Positions 18,911 through 26,971 of a stretch of 64,000 bases of DNA are shown one piece after another. The number at the start of each line of letters is the position of its first letter. Position 1 is the stretch's first letter. The stretch is from Kiritimatiellia bacterium (lineage in GTDB: Bacteria; Verrucomicrobiota; Kiritimatiellia; RFP12; UBA1067). The position numbers and the translations under genes were made by a program. Location of the stretch: positions 1,824,001-1,888,000 of the forward strand of contig JBMNFY010000017.1 of the NCBI GenBank assembly GCA_050949565.1, given 5' to 3'. The notes beneath the pieces are model-generated. The model did no database searches, had not been told where the DNA came from, and was given only the letters and a program-made list of their open reading frames with translations.

Positions 18911-19953
18911 ACTACTAAGGGGCAGGTAATTTGACCAACTGTTTCGCTAACTCCAGCGCATCCACGGGCCAGAAGCATTCGGGGCGGGGACGGTGGACGC
19001 CGGGCTGTCCGGCTTGGGGACGGCAGTTCAGAATGCAGTCGAGCCACTGGGCGGGCACGGCGTCCAGACCGTACACCGCGCCCAGCAACGCTCCGCAAAT
19101 CGCCGCGTTGGTGTCGGTGTCGCCGCCCCGCATGACTGTGTCGACAACGCCCACTTCCAGATCCGGGGCATTGAGCAGTTGCCACAGGGCGTTGCGGAAG
19201 GCGATCAACCCCCAGCCTTGTTGTCGCGTGTAATCGGCGGGCGGCGCTTCGGCGGCACCTTCGATGGTTTCCATGATCACCGGGGCGACCGTCATATCGG
19301 CGGCCCATTGCTTGATGCACTGGTAGAGCGTGGTGGCCTCGCAACCTGAAGCAATGGCGTGGGCAATCGCCATGGCAAAAAGCGCGTTCGCCTGAAGACA
19401 GATCGGATTGGGATGAGTCAGGGCGGCGTCCTGCCTGGCCCACTCGGCCACCGTCTCTAATGGATGGTTGGCACCGAAGATGCCCAAGGGGCTGATGCGC
19501 ATCATGGCGCCGTTGGCCTGACTGTGATGGTTCGGAGAACCCCGGAGAGCGGCAGACGTGGTTGTGCCACAGTCAAAGGGCGCGGAGTCGATCCAAAATC
19601 GATACGCCTCAAACGCCGCTTTCGGGTCATACGAACCAACTTTCACCAACATCCGTGCCAACAGCAATGCCATCTCCGAGTCATCGGTCGGCTGGCCGGC
19701 GATGGTGTTCCACGTGCCGCCATCGGCCAACTTCCGCACACCATCCGGGTAACGGTGGCGGATCATTTCAGATGACTCAAATTCAACCAAGCTACCGAGC
19801 GCATCCCCGGCAAGCTGTCCAAGCAGACAGCCTTGAGCACGGGACAACATGGCAGTGTTTTCGTATGGACACTTCGTTTTCATGATTTTTCACCTTCTGC
19901 GATCAACTACTGAAAGAATACCCATGACCACTAAGGGATAGGTAATTTGACCA
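18911..19953. repeat. 27-bp direct repeats (18911-18937 and 19927-19953) bracketing the ADP-ribosylglycohydrolase gene
   Basis: ACTACTAAGGGGCAGGTAATTTGACCA vs ACCACTAAGGGATAGGTAATTTGACCA (24/27 identical). Confidence 0.85.
18915..19883 (-). CDS. ADP-ribosylglycohydrolase family protein
   Basis: GDALG, GQPTDDSEMAL, ANGAMMRISP, ALTH and GGDTDTNAAICGALLGA motifs. Confidence 0.93.
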   Translation of the reverse strand: MKTKCPYENTAMLSRAQGCLLGQLAGDALGSLVEFESSEMIRHRYPDGVRKLADGGTWNTIAGQPTDDSEMALLLARMLVKVGSYDPKAAFEAYRFWIDSAPFDCGTTTSAALRGSPNHHSQANGAMMRISPLGIFGANHPLETVAEWARQDAALTHPNPICLQANALFAMAIAHAIASGCEATTLYQCIKQWAADMTVAPVIMETIEGAAEAPPADYTRQQGWGLIAFRNALWQLLNAPDLEVGVVDTVMRGGDTDTNAAICGALLGAVYGLDAVPAQWLDCILNCRPQAGQPGVHRPRPECFWPVDALELAKQLVKLPAP

Positions 19954-19989
19954 TCGCTCCCGGCACTACTGGGCCTGCAGGGATTGCGG

Positions 19990-20162
19990 CACGGGCGGGA
20001 CGCCCATGCCCACGGGCAAGATGCCCGTGCCACACCCGCAGGATCAGCAGTTCCGGCAGTGCCCGCCCAAAAAACTTTGTGCCCTTTGTGCCTTTGTGTG
20101 AGAAAAAAGGACAGAGCCATCCCCCCAAAAAAATCTGCGTACATCTACGGAATCTGCGGTTA
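19990..20162. repeat. Free REP pair plus two tandem-repeat modules
   Basis: cacgggcgggacgcccatgcc and cacgggcaagatgcccgtgccacacc (the same REPs as inside sbcD and the fumarase gene), then ctttgtgccctttgtgcctttgtg and aatctgcgtacatctacggaatctgcggtt. Confidence 0.85.
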
Positions 20163-22901
20163 ACCAAGCCCCCTGCATCCCGGCCCGGACAGTACGCTCC
20201 TGCCGCCGGTCTGGGGGGTGACTTGAATCTGTGTGCTGATCCGCTCTTTCAAGGCGGAGACGTGCGAAATGACGCCGATCAGCTTGCCGTCATGCTGGAG
20301 ACTCGCGAGGGTTTCCAGCGCGGTGTCGAGCGCCTCTTCGTCCAACGTGCCGAACCCTTCGTCCAGGAACAGTGAATCCACGCGGACATTCTGGCTTGCC
20401 ATGTGGGACAAGCCCAACGCCAGCGCGAGACTGACGATAAAGCTCTCCCCGCCAGAAAGGTTTTTCGTGGTGCGGATCTCTCCGGCCTGATAGTTGTCGA
20501 CTACATTGAGTTCCAAGGGCGACGTATCGTCCCGCGTCAGCAAGTAACGGTCGGTCATGTTCTGCAACTGACGGTTGGCGTGACCAATCATCATGTCGAA
20601 GGTCAACCCTTGCGCAAAATTGCGGTACTTTTTGCCGTCGGCAGAGCCGATCAGTTCGTGCAGATTCTCCCACCTGCGGCACTCGTTTTTCTGAGCTTCG
20701 ATCGCGGCCTTTTTGGTCTCCATCCGCTCTTTGGCAACCGTGTTCTCGTTCAGTTTGTGCTTGAGACCGGCAATCGTATCCCGCATCTCTTTCAGGGACT
20801 CCTCCTGCTCTTTGAATCGCGGTTCAAGCGCTTCCAGCGGCTCGTCGGTGAGCTTAAGGGCCAGCTCCTTGGCCAGATGCGCCTCCCGATCCTTCTGTCG
20901 CGCTTTTAACTCGGTTTGACGGTCGTCCAAGCCTTTGGCCGTGTCCGTCAACTCGGCTCTGCGTTCAGCGGAAAGCCTGGCCGCCAAGAACTGCTCTTCA
21001 TCTGCAAACCCCACCGGCGCGAACGCTGCGGAAAATTCAGTTTCAAGTTTTTTAAGTTCCGGTTCTTGGTGCTCGATGCGCCGTTTAAGCGATGCGGCAC
21101 GATCCTTCGCGGTGTTCCACTTTTGCTGGTGTTCATGGTGCCGTTCTCTGGCCTGCTTCTCGGCACTCTCGGCAGCGGCAACCGCTTGGTTTAAGCGGCG
21201 CTCCTCATCGTCCGGCTGTTTGTCGCCGTACAGCGACTGACGCTCCGCACTCGCGGCGGCGAGTCCCTTTTTCAAGGTCTCCAGTTGCTCCAACTTTTCG
21301 GCCAGAGCGGTGCCTTGGGTTTCGATGACCGCATCCAGCCGTTTGACCTCGCTATCGATGTCGGCGATCTGCCTCTCGATCTCTGCCTTCCTGCCAATCA
21401 GATCCTCGACTTTGTCGATCAGGCGAGACAACTCATCAATCCGTTGCTCGGTTTCATCGGGGAGCGGCACATTGCCTGCGGCGAAGGGGTGTTCGGTCGC
21501 GCCGCAGAGCGGACAGGGCTTGCCGTCTTGCAGCTTGGCGCGATGCGCTTCAAGCTCTGCGATCCGAGTCAGGAGCGCCATTTCGCGCAGCAGGGCGTCC
21601 TTCTCGGCACGGTACTCGCGCAACAAAGTGGTCGGCTTTTCATCCTGCGCATGTTCCTTGAGGAAGGCGTCCACGCCTTGCAACGCCTCGCACGCCTTGG
21701 ATCGTTTGTCCAGTTCCGCAAGCCGGGCTTTTTTGTCTGTGTCGATCTTGGCTGTATCTCTTTTGCAACCCGCTTCGCTATCCGCGACAGCTTTTTGCTG
21801 GTCGCCAAGCTTTTGATCCAGTGCGCGGACTTTCTGCAAGGTCGGCGCGGCCGCTTTCAGCGCTTCTTTTGCTTGGACGGTTTGCTGCTCAGCCGCTTGC
21901 AAGGTTTCGGCCTGTTCCTTGGCAGAGATTTCCAGTCCGGGCAGTGCCGCCTCTTCGGTTTTCAGGGCGGCTTGGTCAGCCGACTGCTGTTTGCGGGCGG
22001 CGGTGAGTGTGGCGTATGCGCCGTCCAGCGCGGCGGCACTCAAGGCGCGTCCTAGCTTTTCGCGATCCGGCTTGAACGCTTCGATTTCGCCCTGCAGCTT
22101 GTCTGCTTCGTCGGCCAGACTGACAATCTCCTTTTTCAGTCCGTCGATGAGGGTGAGCCAGGCGATGGCCTTCCCGGTGGCGGCTGACGTGGCGGCAAGC
22201 TCTGCCTCTTCCTTGCGCTTGTTTTCGAGTGTTTGCTCCAGCGCTTGCTCCTGCTCCGGTTCAAGAATCACGATGCCGGCCGTTTCAGCGCGGAGCAGGT
22301 TCAGCTTCTCCTGCTCTTCGCGCTGGCGCTCATGGACGCGGATGGATATCCGGCTGTAGATCTCCGTGCCCGTGATCTGCTCCAGAATCGGTGCCCGATC
22401 ATCGGGTGCTGCCTGCAGGAATGCGGCGAAACCGCCCTGCGCCAGTAGCATGGAGCGGGTGAAGCGGTCAAAGTCCATGCCGGTGGCCGTCGCGATCTGG
22501 TCGGCAACGCCTTTGATTTTGGATTCAAAAATCTCGCCGGAGTCGGCATCGGCAATTTCGTGCTTCGGGGCTTGGAGTTCGCCGTCCGGCTTCTTGCGCG
22601 CCCGGTGCTGGCTCCAGTGGCAGCGGTAGCGCTTGGACTGGGCTTCGAAGGTCACCTCGGCAAAACATTCGCCAGTCTGGCGGGACATGACTTCGTTGCC
22701 GCTCCGATTGACCCTGTCCAGGCGCGGCGTGCGTCCGTAAAGCGCGAGGCAAATGGCATCGAGGATGGTGGTCTTGCCCGATCCGGTGGGGCCGGTGATG
22801 GCGAAGATGCCGTCAGACACATAGGCCGGATGCGTCAGGTCGATTTCCCATTCGCCGACCAGCGAGTTCAGATTCTTGAAGCGTATTTGGCGGATCCTCA
22901 T
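20160..22901 (-). CDS. sbcC: Exonuclease subunit SbcC (Rad50-like)
   Basis: GPTGSGKTT, LAQGGF, central CPLC zinc hook, LSGGE, LFLDEGFGTLD and ISH motifs. Confidence 0.96.
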   Translation of the reverse strand: MRIRQIRFKNLNSLVGEWEIDLTHPAYVSDGIFAITGPTGSGKTTILDAICLALYGRTPRLDRVNRSGNEVMSRQTGECFAEVTFEAQSKRYRCHWSQHRARKKPDGELQAPKHEIADADSGEIFESKIKGVADQIATATGMDFDRFTRSMLLAQGGFAAFLQAAPDDRAPILEQITGTEIYSRISIRVHERQREEQEKLNLLRAETAGIVILEPEQEQALEQTLENKRKEEAELAATSAATGKAIAWLTLIDGLKKEIVSLADEADKLQGEIEAFKPDREKLGRALSAAALDGAYATLTAARKQQSADQAALKTEEAALPGLEISAKEQAETLQAAEQQTVQAKEALKAAAPTLQKVRALDQKLGDQQKAVADSEAGCKRDTAKIDTDKKARLAELDKRSKACEALQGVDAFLKEHAQDEKPTTLLREYRAEKDALLREMALLTRIAELEAHRAKLQDGKPCPLCGATEHPFAAGNVPLPDETEQRIDELSRLIDKVEDLIGRKAEIERQIADIDSEVKRLDAVIETQGTALAEKLEQLETLKKGLAAASAERQSLYGDKQPDDEERRLNQAVAAAESAEKQARERHHEHQQKWNTAKDRAASLKRRIEHQEPELKKLETEFSAAFAPVGFADEEQFLAARLSAERRAELTDTAKGLDDRQTELKARQKDREAHLAKELALKLTDEPLEALEPRFKEQEESLKEMRDTIAGLKHKLNENTVAKERMETKKAAIEAQKNECRRWENLHELIGSADGKKYRNFAQGLTFDMMIGHANRQLQNMTDRYLLTRDDTSPLELNVVDNYQAGEIRTTKNLSGGESFIVSLALALGLSHMASQNVRVDSLFLDEGFGTLDEEALDTALETLASLQHDGKLIGVISHVSALKERISTQIQVTPQTGGRSVLSGPGCRGLG

Positions 22902-22933
22902 CGCCAGCCCCTCCGCATAGCCGGGACATAAAA

Positions 22934-23193
22934 ATTGAGCGTTGAGCGTTGAGCGTTGAAAGTTTTAACGCAGAGACGCAGAGACGCAGAGATTTTTATG
23001 GGATGGCATCGTGACCGCCGCCGAAGGGAGGGACGAGCGTCTGCTCGTCCGCGGGCAAGCAGACGCTTGCCCCTCCCGGTGCTTCGCACTGAAATCTGAG
23101 AAACTATCCTTCCGCACGGCGGAAGGCGGCTCGTGGGGACACTCGCCCTCCAATGCCGCGCCTCAATCATGTCAATCATGTCAATCATGTCAA
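22934..23193. repeat. Stack of five repeat modules between sbcD and sbcC
   Basis: (TTGAGCG)x3, (ACGCAGAG)x3, a 52-bp REP doublet at 23026-23077, REP ggctcgtggggacactcgccctcc and (TCAATCATG)x3. Confidence 0.9.
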
Positions 23194-23215
23194 AAAAAAC
23201 GCATCCCGTCTTTCA

Positions 23216-24577
23216 TCAAAGCGCGTCGTCCTCGTCGAGCGACGCGACCGCTTCTTGATAAGTCCGCAGTAGCTCGGGCCGCTGTTCGTCAGGCACGTTG
23301 TGAGCGGCGAGGCAGCGCTCGAATACATCGTTTACGGTCAGATCATCGAGCGTTTCCTCTGTGTGGAGCCGTCCCAGCACGCGGTCGATGATACGGTTGT
23401 TTTTGACGCGGAGAATCTCTATTTGGGTATCGGCTGTCGCAGTCTCCAAACGTTCGCGCAGGTCACCGATGACTTCTTCGCCCTCGTAGACGACTTCGAG
23501 CCAGCTTGAAGCGTCCGTTGCCGACAACTCAAGGATGCGGCGCTCGATGTCGTCCCACTCACCTTTGACGCGCTCAAGCTTTTGAAACATCGGTGCGTCG
23601 ATTAGGCTGATGTGAGCTTTTGGCCGATTATCGAGGCCTTTGCAATCCCCCTTGCGTGCAGGTGTGGCACGGGCATCTTGCCCGTGTTTCATGGGCGGGA
23701 CGCCCATGCCACGAGGGGTTTTGCAAGGGTCTCTGGCGTCAGCCTTGTCTGCGTTCCTCTGTGGATAAAAATCGACCAGCACCACACTCTTCTGCTGTTT
23801 GGCCTCGCCGAATCCCATAGGCAGGGGAGAGCCGCTATATCGCATGGTTTCGGTGCTACTCACCATTTGCGGGATATGGAGGTGGCCGAGCGCCAGATAA
23901 TCAAAACTGGCGGGAAAACTTTGGGCAGTCACATGCGCCAGCGAACCCACATAGAGTTCGCGCACGCCATCGCCGTCGACCGTTTGTCCGCCTGCGGTAA
24001 ACAGATGCCCCATGCCGACGACGGGGATATCGCCCCCGAACTCCGCGCGTTTTTGTTCGGCCAGGGCAGTGACGGCGGCGTAGTGTGCGCGGATGCCGTC
24101 AGTCAATTTCCGCTCCTTGTCCTCGACACTCTCGCCGGCTTCCGCCGTGCGGATATCCCGGTCGCGGAGATAGGGCACGGCGCAGACGATCAGTTCCGGC
24201 GCGTCCTGCGCATTGCGGAGCACCAGCACCTCGTCTTCCAGGCAGTCAGAAGCATTGCCGACCACATGGACATTGAGGGCTTTGAGCAACTCTTTGGGGG
24301 CATTGAGGAACGACGGCGAATCATGGTTGCCCGCGATAACGACAACATGTCGGCAGTGCGAGGCAACCACCCGGCACAGAAAGCGGTAGTAGAGTTCCTG
24401 GGCGCGGTTGCTCGGTGTACTGGTGTCAAAGACATCCCCCGCCACCAGCAGCGCGTCGATCTCACGCTCCCGGATCGTCTCCGTCAGCCAAGCTAGAAAC
24501 GCCTCAAACTCCTCATAGCGTTTTCTGCCATAAAGCGTGCGGCCGAGATGCCAGTCGGATGTGTGGAGTATTTTCAC
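23216..24577 (-). CDS. sbcD: Exonuclease subunit SbcD (Mre11-like) with an in-frame repeat insertion
   Basis: HTSDWHLG, AGDVFD, AGNHDS, ALGHLH and YSGSP motifs. GTG start at 24577. Confidence 0.96.
   Translation of the reverse strand: MKILHTSDWHLGRTLYGRKRYEEFEAFLAWLTETIREREIDALLVAGDVFDTSTPSNRAQELYYRFLCRVVASHCRHVVVIAGNHDSPSFLNAPKELLKALNVHVVGNASDCLEDEVLVLRNAQDAPELIVCAVPYLRDRDIRTAEAGESVEDKERKLTDGIRAHYAAVTALAEQKRAEFGGDIPVVGMGHLFTAGGQTVDGDGVRELYVGSLAHVTAQSFPASFDYLALGHLHIPQMVSSTETMRYSGSPLPMGFGEAKQQKSVVLVDFYPQRNADKADARDPCKTPRGMGVPPMKHGQDARATPARKGDCKGLDNRPKAHISLIDAPMFQKLERVKGEWDDIERRILELSATDASSWLEVVYEGEEVIGDLRERLETATADTQIEILRVKNNRIIDRVLGRLHTEETLDDLTVNDVFERCLAAHNVPDEQRPELLRTYQEAVASLDEDDAL
23633..23733 (-). 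mobile_element. ~100-bp TIR-bounded palindromic element (MITE/RPE-like) inside sbcD
   Basis: GAGACCCTTGCAAAACCCC...REP pair...GGGGATTGCAAAGGCCTC. It encodes CKTPRGMGVPPMKHGQDARATPARKGDCK. Confidence 0.9.
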
Positions 24578-24585
24578 CGGGCATT

Positions 24586-24714
24586 CTACTTTTGCTCGCA
24601 GGTCGTTTTTTCGCCCCGGGCATGGTGATAGGCCTTGCAGGCTTTGCAGTCTCCGTGCCGCGGGCACCCCGGCCACGTGCAGGGGCAATCAGTTTTGATC
24701 GTTTTCTCGCTCAT
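24586..24714 (-). CDS. 42-aa Cys/His-rich putative metal-binding protein
   Basis: MSEKTIKTDCPCTWPGCPRHGDCKACKAYHHARGEKTTCEQK with RBS AGGAG. It ends 8 nt before the sbcD start and is missed by the ORF track. Confidence 0.75.
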   Translation of the reverse strand: MSEKTIKTDCPCTWPGCPRHGDCKACKAYHHARGEKTTCEQK

Positions 24715-24740
24715 ATCGGTTCTCCTAGTAGTTTTGCCGG

Positions 24741-24812
24741 TGGTGGATTTAGTGGACGTTGTGGACGCTGTTGACTTGGTGGACGCTTCAGAATCTTGTC
24801 CACGCTATCCAC
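24741..24812. repeat. 9-mer (GTGGAC-core) tandem repeats with an inverted partner
   Basis: gtggatttagtggacgttgtggacgctgttgacttggtggac ... gtccacgctatccac. Confidence 0.75.
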
Positions 24813-24880
24813 CCCTCTGGCTTCTCTTTGCCGCCTGTCGCCCCCAGACGTCGGTACCTGTCGCCCTCGATCACGTGTAC

Positions 24881-25240
24881 TCACACCGCCGAGGCGACGA
24901 TGCGGTTGTGTTCGTCGAGCCGCACGATTTTGGGGTGGTGGTCCGCGCACTCGTTCGCGTCAAGCTGGCACCAGACCATGACGATCAGGCGGTCGCCGAG
25001 GGTGCCCTTGTGGGCGGTCGCACCGTTCAGGCACGCCACGCCGCTGCCGCGCGGCCCTTTGATCGCGTAAGTCTCGAAACGTTCGCCGTTTTCCAGATTG
25101 GCGACCAGCAGCTTTTCGTAATTCAGGATACCGACGGCGTCCATCAAATCTTCATCGATCGTCAGGCTGCCTTCGTACTCCTTGTCGGCCTGTGTGACGC
25201 GCAAGTGGTGCAGTTTGGCTTTGAGTAAAGTGCAGAGCAT
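24881..25240 (-). CDS. panD: Aspartate 1-decarboxylase
   Basis: LKAKLH, YEGSLTID (G-S self-cleavage site), NGERFETY and LNGATAH motifs. Confidence 0.96.
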   Translation of the reverse strand: MLCTLLKAKLHHLRVTQADKEYEGSLTIDEDLMDAVGILNYEKLLVANLENGERFETYAIKGPRGSGVACLNGATAHKGTLGDRLIVMVWCQLDANECADHHPKIVRLDEHNRIVASAV

Positions 25241-25373
25241 AAAAATCCTTTTGGAAACGTAGTTACAGCATACGGCGAAGCCGCTTGCGATGCAAGAAGA
25301 GAGATTGTTGCAAAACACACGCCAACCCCGTATTCTATTGCCGTTGCGTAAAACCGATTCTTAGGAGAGAGAG

Positions 25374-26060
25374 ATGGCATTGAATGTGGTGAGAGAGATT
25401 GACGGGTGCGTGGCCGTGCGCCATGTGTTGATGAGTGTGTCGGACAAGAGTGGCCTGGAGACGTTTGTGCCCGGACTGATCGCCGCCTGTCCAGAGGTGA
25501 AAATCTATTCGACCGGCGGTACCTACACCGCCGTGCAGAAACTGCTCGGCCCTGAACGCGCCGCGCAACATTTGGTGGCAGTCTCGGACTATACCGGACA
25601 GCCGGAGATGCAGGGCGGACTGGTCAAAACCCTCGACTTCAAGATCTATCTGGGCTTGCTCAGCGAGACCTACAACGCGGATCACCAGCGCGATCTGACC
25701 CGTACCGATGCGGTTGCGATCGATATGGTCGTGGTGAACCTCTATCCCTTCCAGCAGACGGTCGCGCGCGAGGGCGTGACCCCAGAGGAGGCGCGCACGA
25801 ATATCGATATCGGCGGCCCCTGCATGGTACGCGCCTCGGCCAAGAACTACCTGCGTGTGGCTTCGGTGACCGATCCTGCGGACTACAGCGCGTTGCTCGA
25901 TGAGCTGACCGCCAACGGCGGTACGCTGGGCTTTGCCACGCGCCTCGCTCTGATGAAAAAAGCCTTTGCCCATACCGCGCAGTATGACACCGCGATTGCC
26001 GCCTTCTTTGCCGATGTTACGGAGGAGCAAGCGCGGAAGACGTATGACATGCACGCCTAA
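25374..26060 (+). CDS. purH: IMP cyclohydrolase (stand-alone PurH N-terminal MGS-like domain)
   Basis: SVSDKSGL, STGGT, GLVKTL, VNLYPF, IDIGGP, SAKN and HTAQYD motifs. The AICAR transformylase domain is absent. Confidence 0.88.
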   Translation: MALNVVREIDGCVAVRHVLMSVSDKSGLETFVPGLIAACPEVKIYSTGGTYTAVQKLLGPERAAQHLVAVSDYTGQPEMQGGLVKTLDFKIYLGLLSETYNADHQRDLTRTDAVAIDMVVVNLYPFQQTVAREGVTPEEARTNIDIGGPCMVRASAKNYLRVASVTDPADYSALLDELTANGGTLGFATRLALMKKAFAHTAQYDTAIAAFFADVTEEQARKTYDMHA

Positions 26061-26063
26061 ACC

Positions 26064-26936
26064 ATGATCGATCTGCACATCCATTCCACGCACTCGGATG
26101 GCTCCGACACGCCCGCACGCTTGGTTGAACTCGGGCGGCGGGCTGGCTTGCATGCGATGGCTCTGACCGATCACGATACGATGGCCGGCACTGAGGATTT
26201 TCTGGCCGCCTGCCGTGCGCACGGCATGACCGGCATCTCCGGCATTGAAATCAGCGTGGATGTCGATGGTGGCCCTGGTTCGCTGCACATCCTCGGTTAC
26301 GGCATGGATCCGCACCACCCGGCGATACATAAGAATCTCGGGTGGGTGCTTGACGGGCGCGCCTGGCGCAATGAGCGGATTGTCGAAAAGCTCAACGAAC
26401 TGGGCTTGGAACTGAATCTGGACGAGGTTCGCGCTTACGCCGGCGAGGATGTCGTCGCACGCCCCCATATCGCGCGGGCGCTGATCGGGCGCGGCTATGT
26501 CTCGACTGTGGCGGAGGCGTTCGACAAGTATCTCGCCAAGGGGCGTCCCGCGTACATCGACCGCTACCGCCTCAACCCGGAAGAGGGCATCAGCATGATC
26601 CGCGAGACCGGCGGCATCGCCGTCATCGCGCATCCCTTCACATGGGAGAATGACGACGCGCGTCTGGAGGCGGGCTTGCGCACGCTTCAGTCGTTCGGCC
26701 TCAACGGCATCGAGGCGATTTACTCTGAGTATACGCCGGAACAGACCGTGACGCTGCTACGCCTCGCCAAGCGCCTCGGGCTGTTGGTCACCGGCGGCTC
26801 CGATTACCACGGTCTGGCCAAACCCGACATCGCGCTTGGTCGCGGCTTCGGCGCACTCAGTGTGCCGGACACCTGCCTGCTTCCGCTGCTGGCCGCGCTT
26901 GGCCCCGATAACCCTTGGGTGGTCACGCCCTCTTAA
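26064..26936 (+). CDS. PHP-domain metal-dependent phosphoesterase (TrpH/YciV-like)
   Basis: DLHIHSTHSDG, TDHDT, GIEIS, HILGY, RPH, AHP and GGSDYHG motifs. Confidence 0.92.
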   Translation: MIDLHIHSTHSDGSDTPARLVELGRRAGLHAMALTDHDTMAGTEDFLAACRAHGMTGISGIEISVDVDGGPGSLHILGYGMDPHHPAIHKNLGWVLDGRAWRNERIVEKLNELGLELNLDEVRAYAGEDVVARPHIARALIGRGYVSTVAEAFDKYLAKGRPAYIDRYRLNPEEGISMIRETGGIAVIAHPFTWENDDARLEAGLRTLQSFGLNGIEAIYSEYTPEQTVTLLRLAKRLGLLVTGGSDYHGLAKPDIALGRGFGALSVPDTCLLPLLAALGPDNPWVVTPS

Positions 26937-26971
26937 CCCCTCACCCCCTTAACCCCTTACAGCCTCCCCCC

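Noticed and set aside
18911-19953. Direct repeats as integron attC or Xer dif sites
   Set aside because: They lack the RYYYAAC...GTTRRRY hairpin and the XerC/XerD arm consensus, and no integrase is nearby.
22934-23193. Repeat clusters as a CRISPR array
   Set aside because: There is no constant 23-50 bp repeat with regular unique spacers, and no cas genes in the window.
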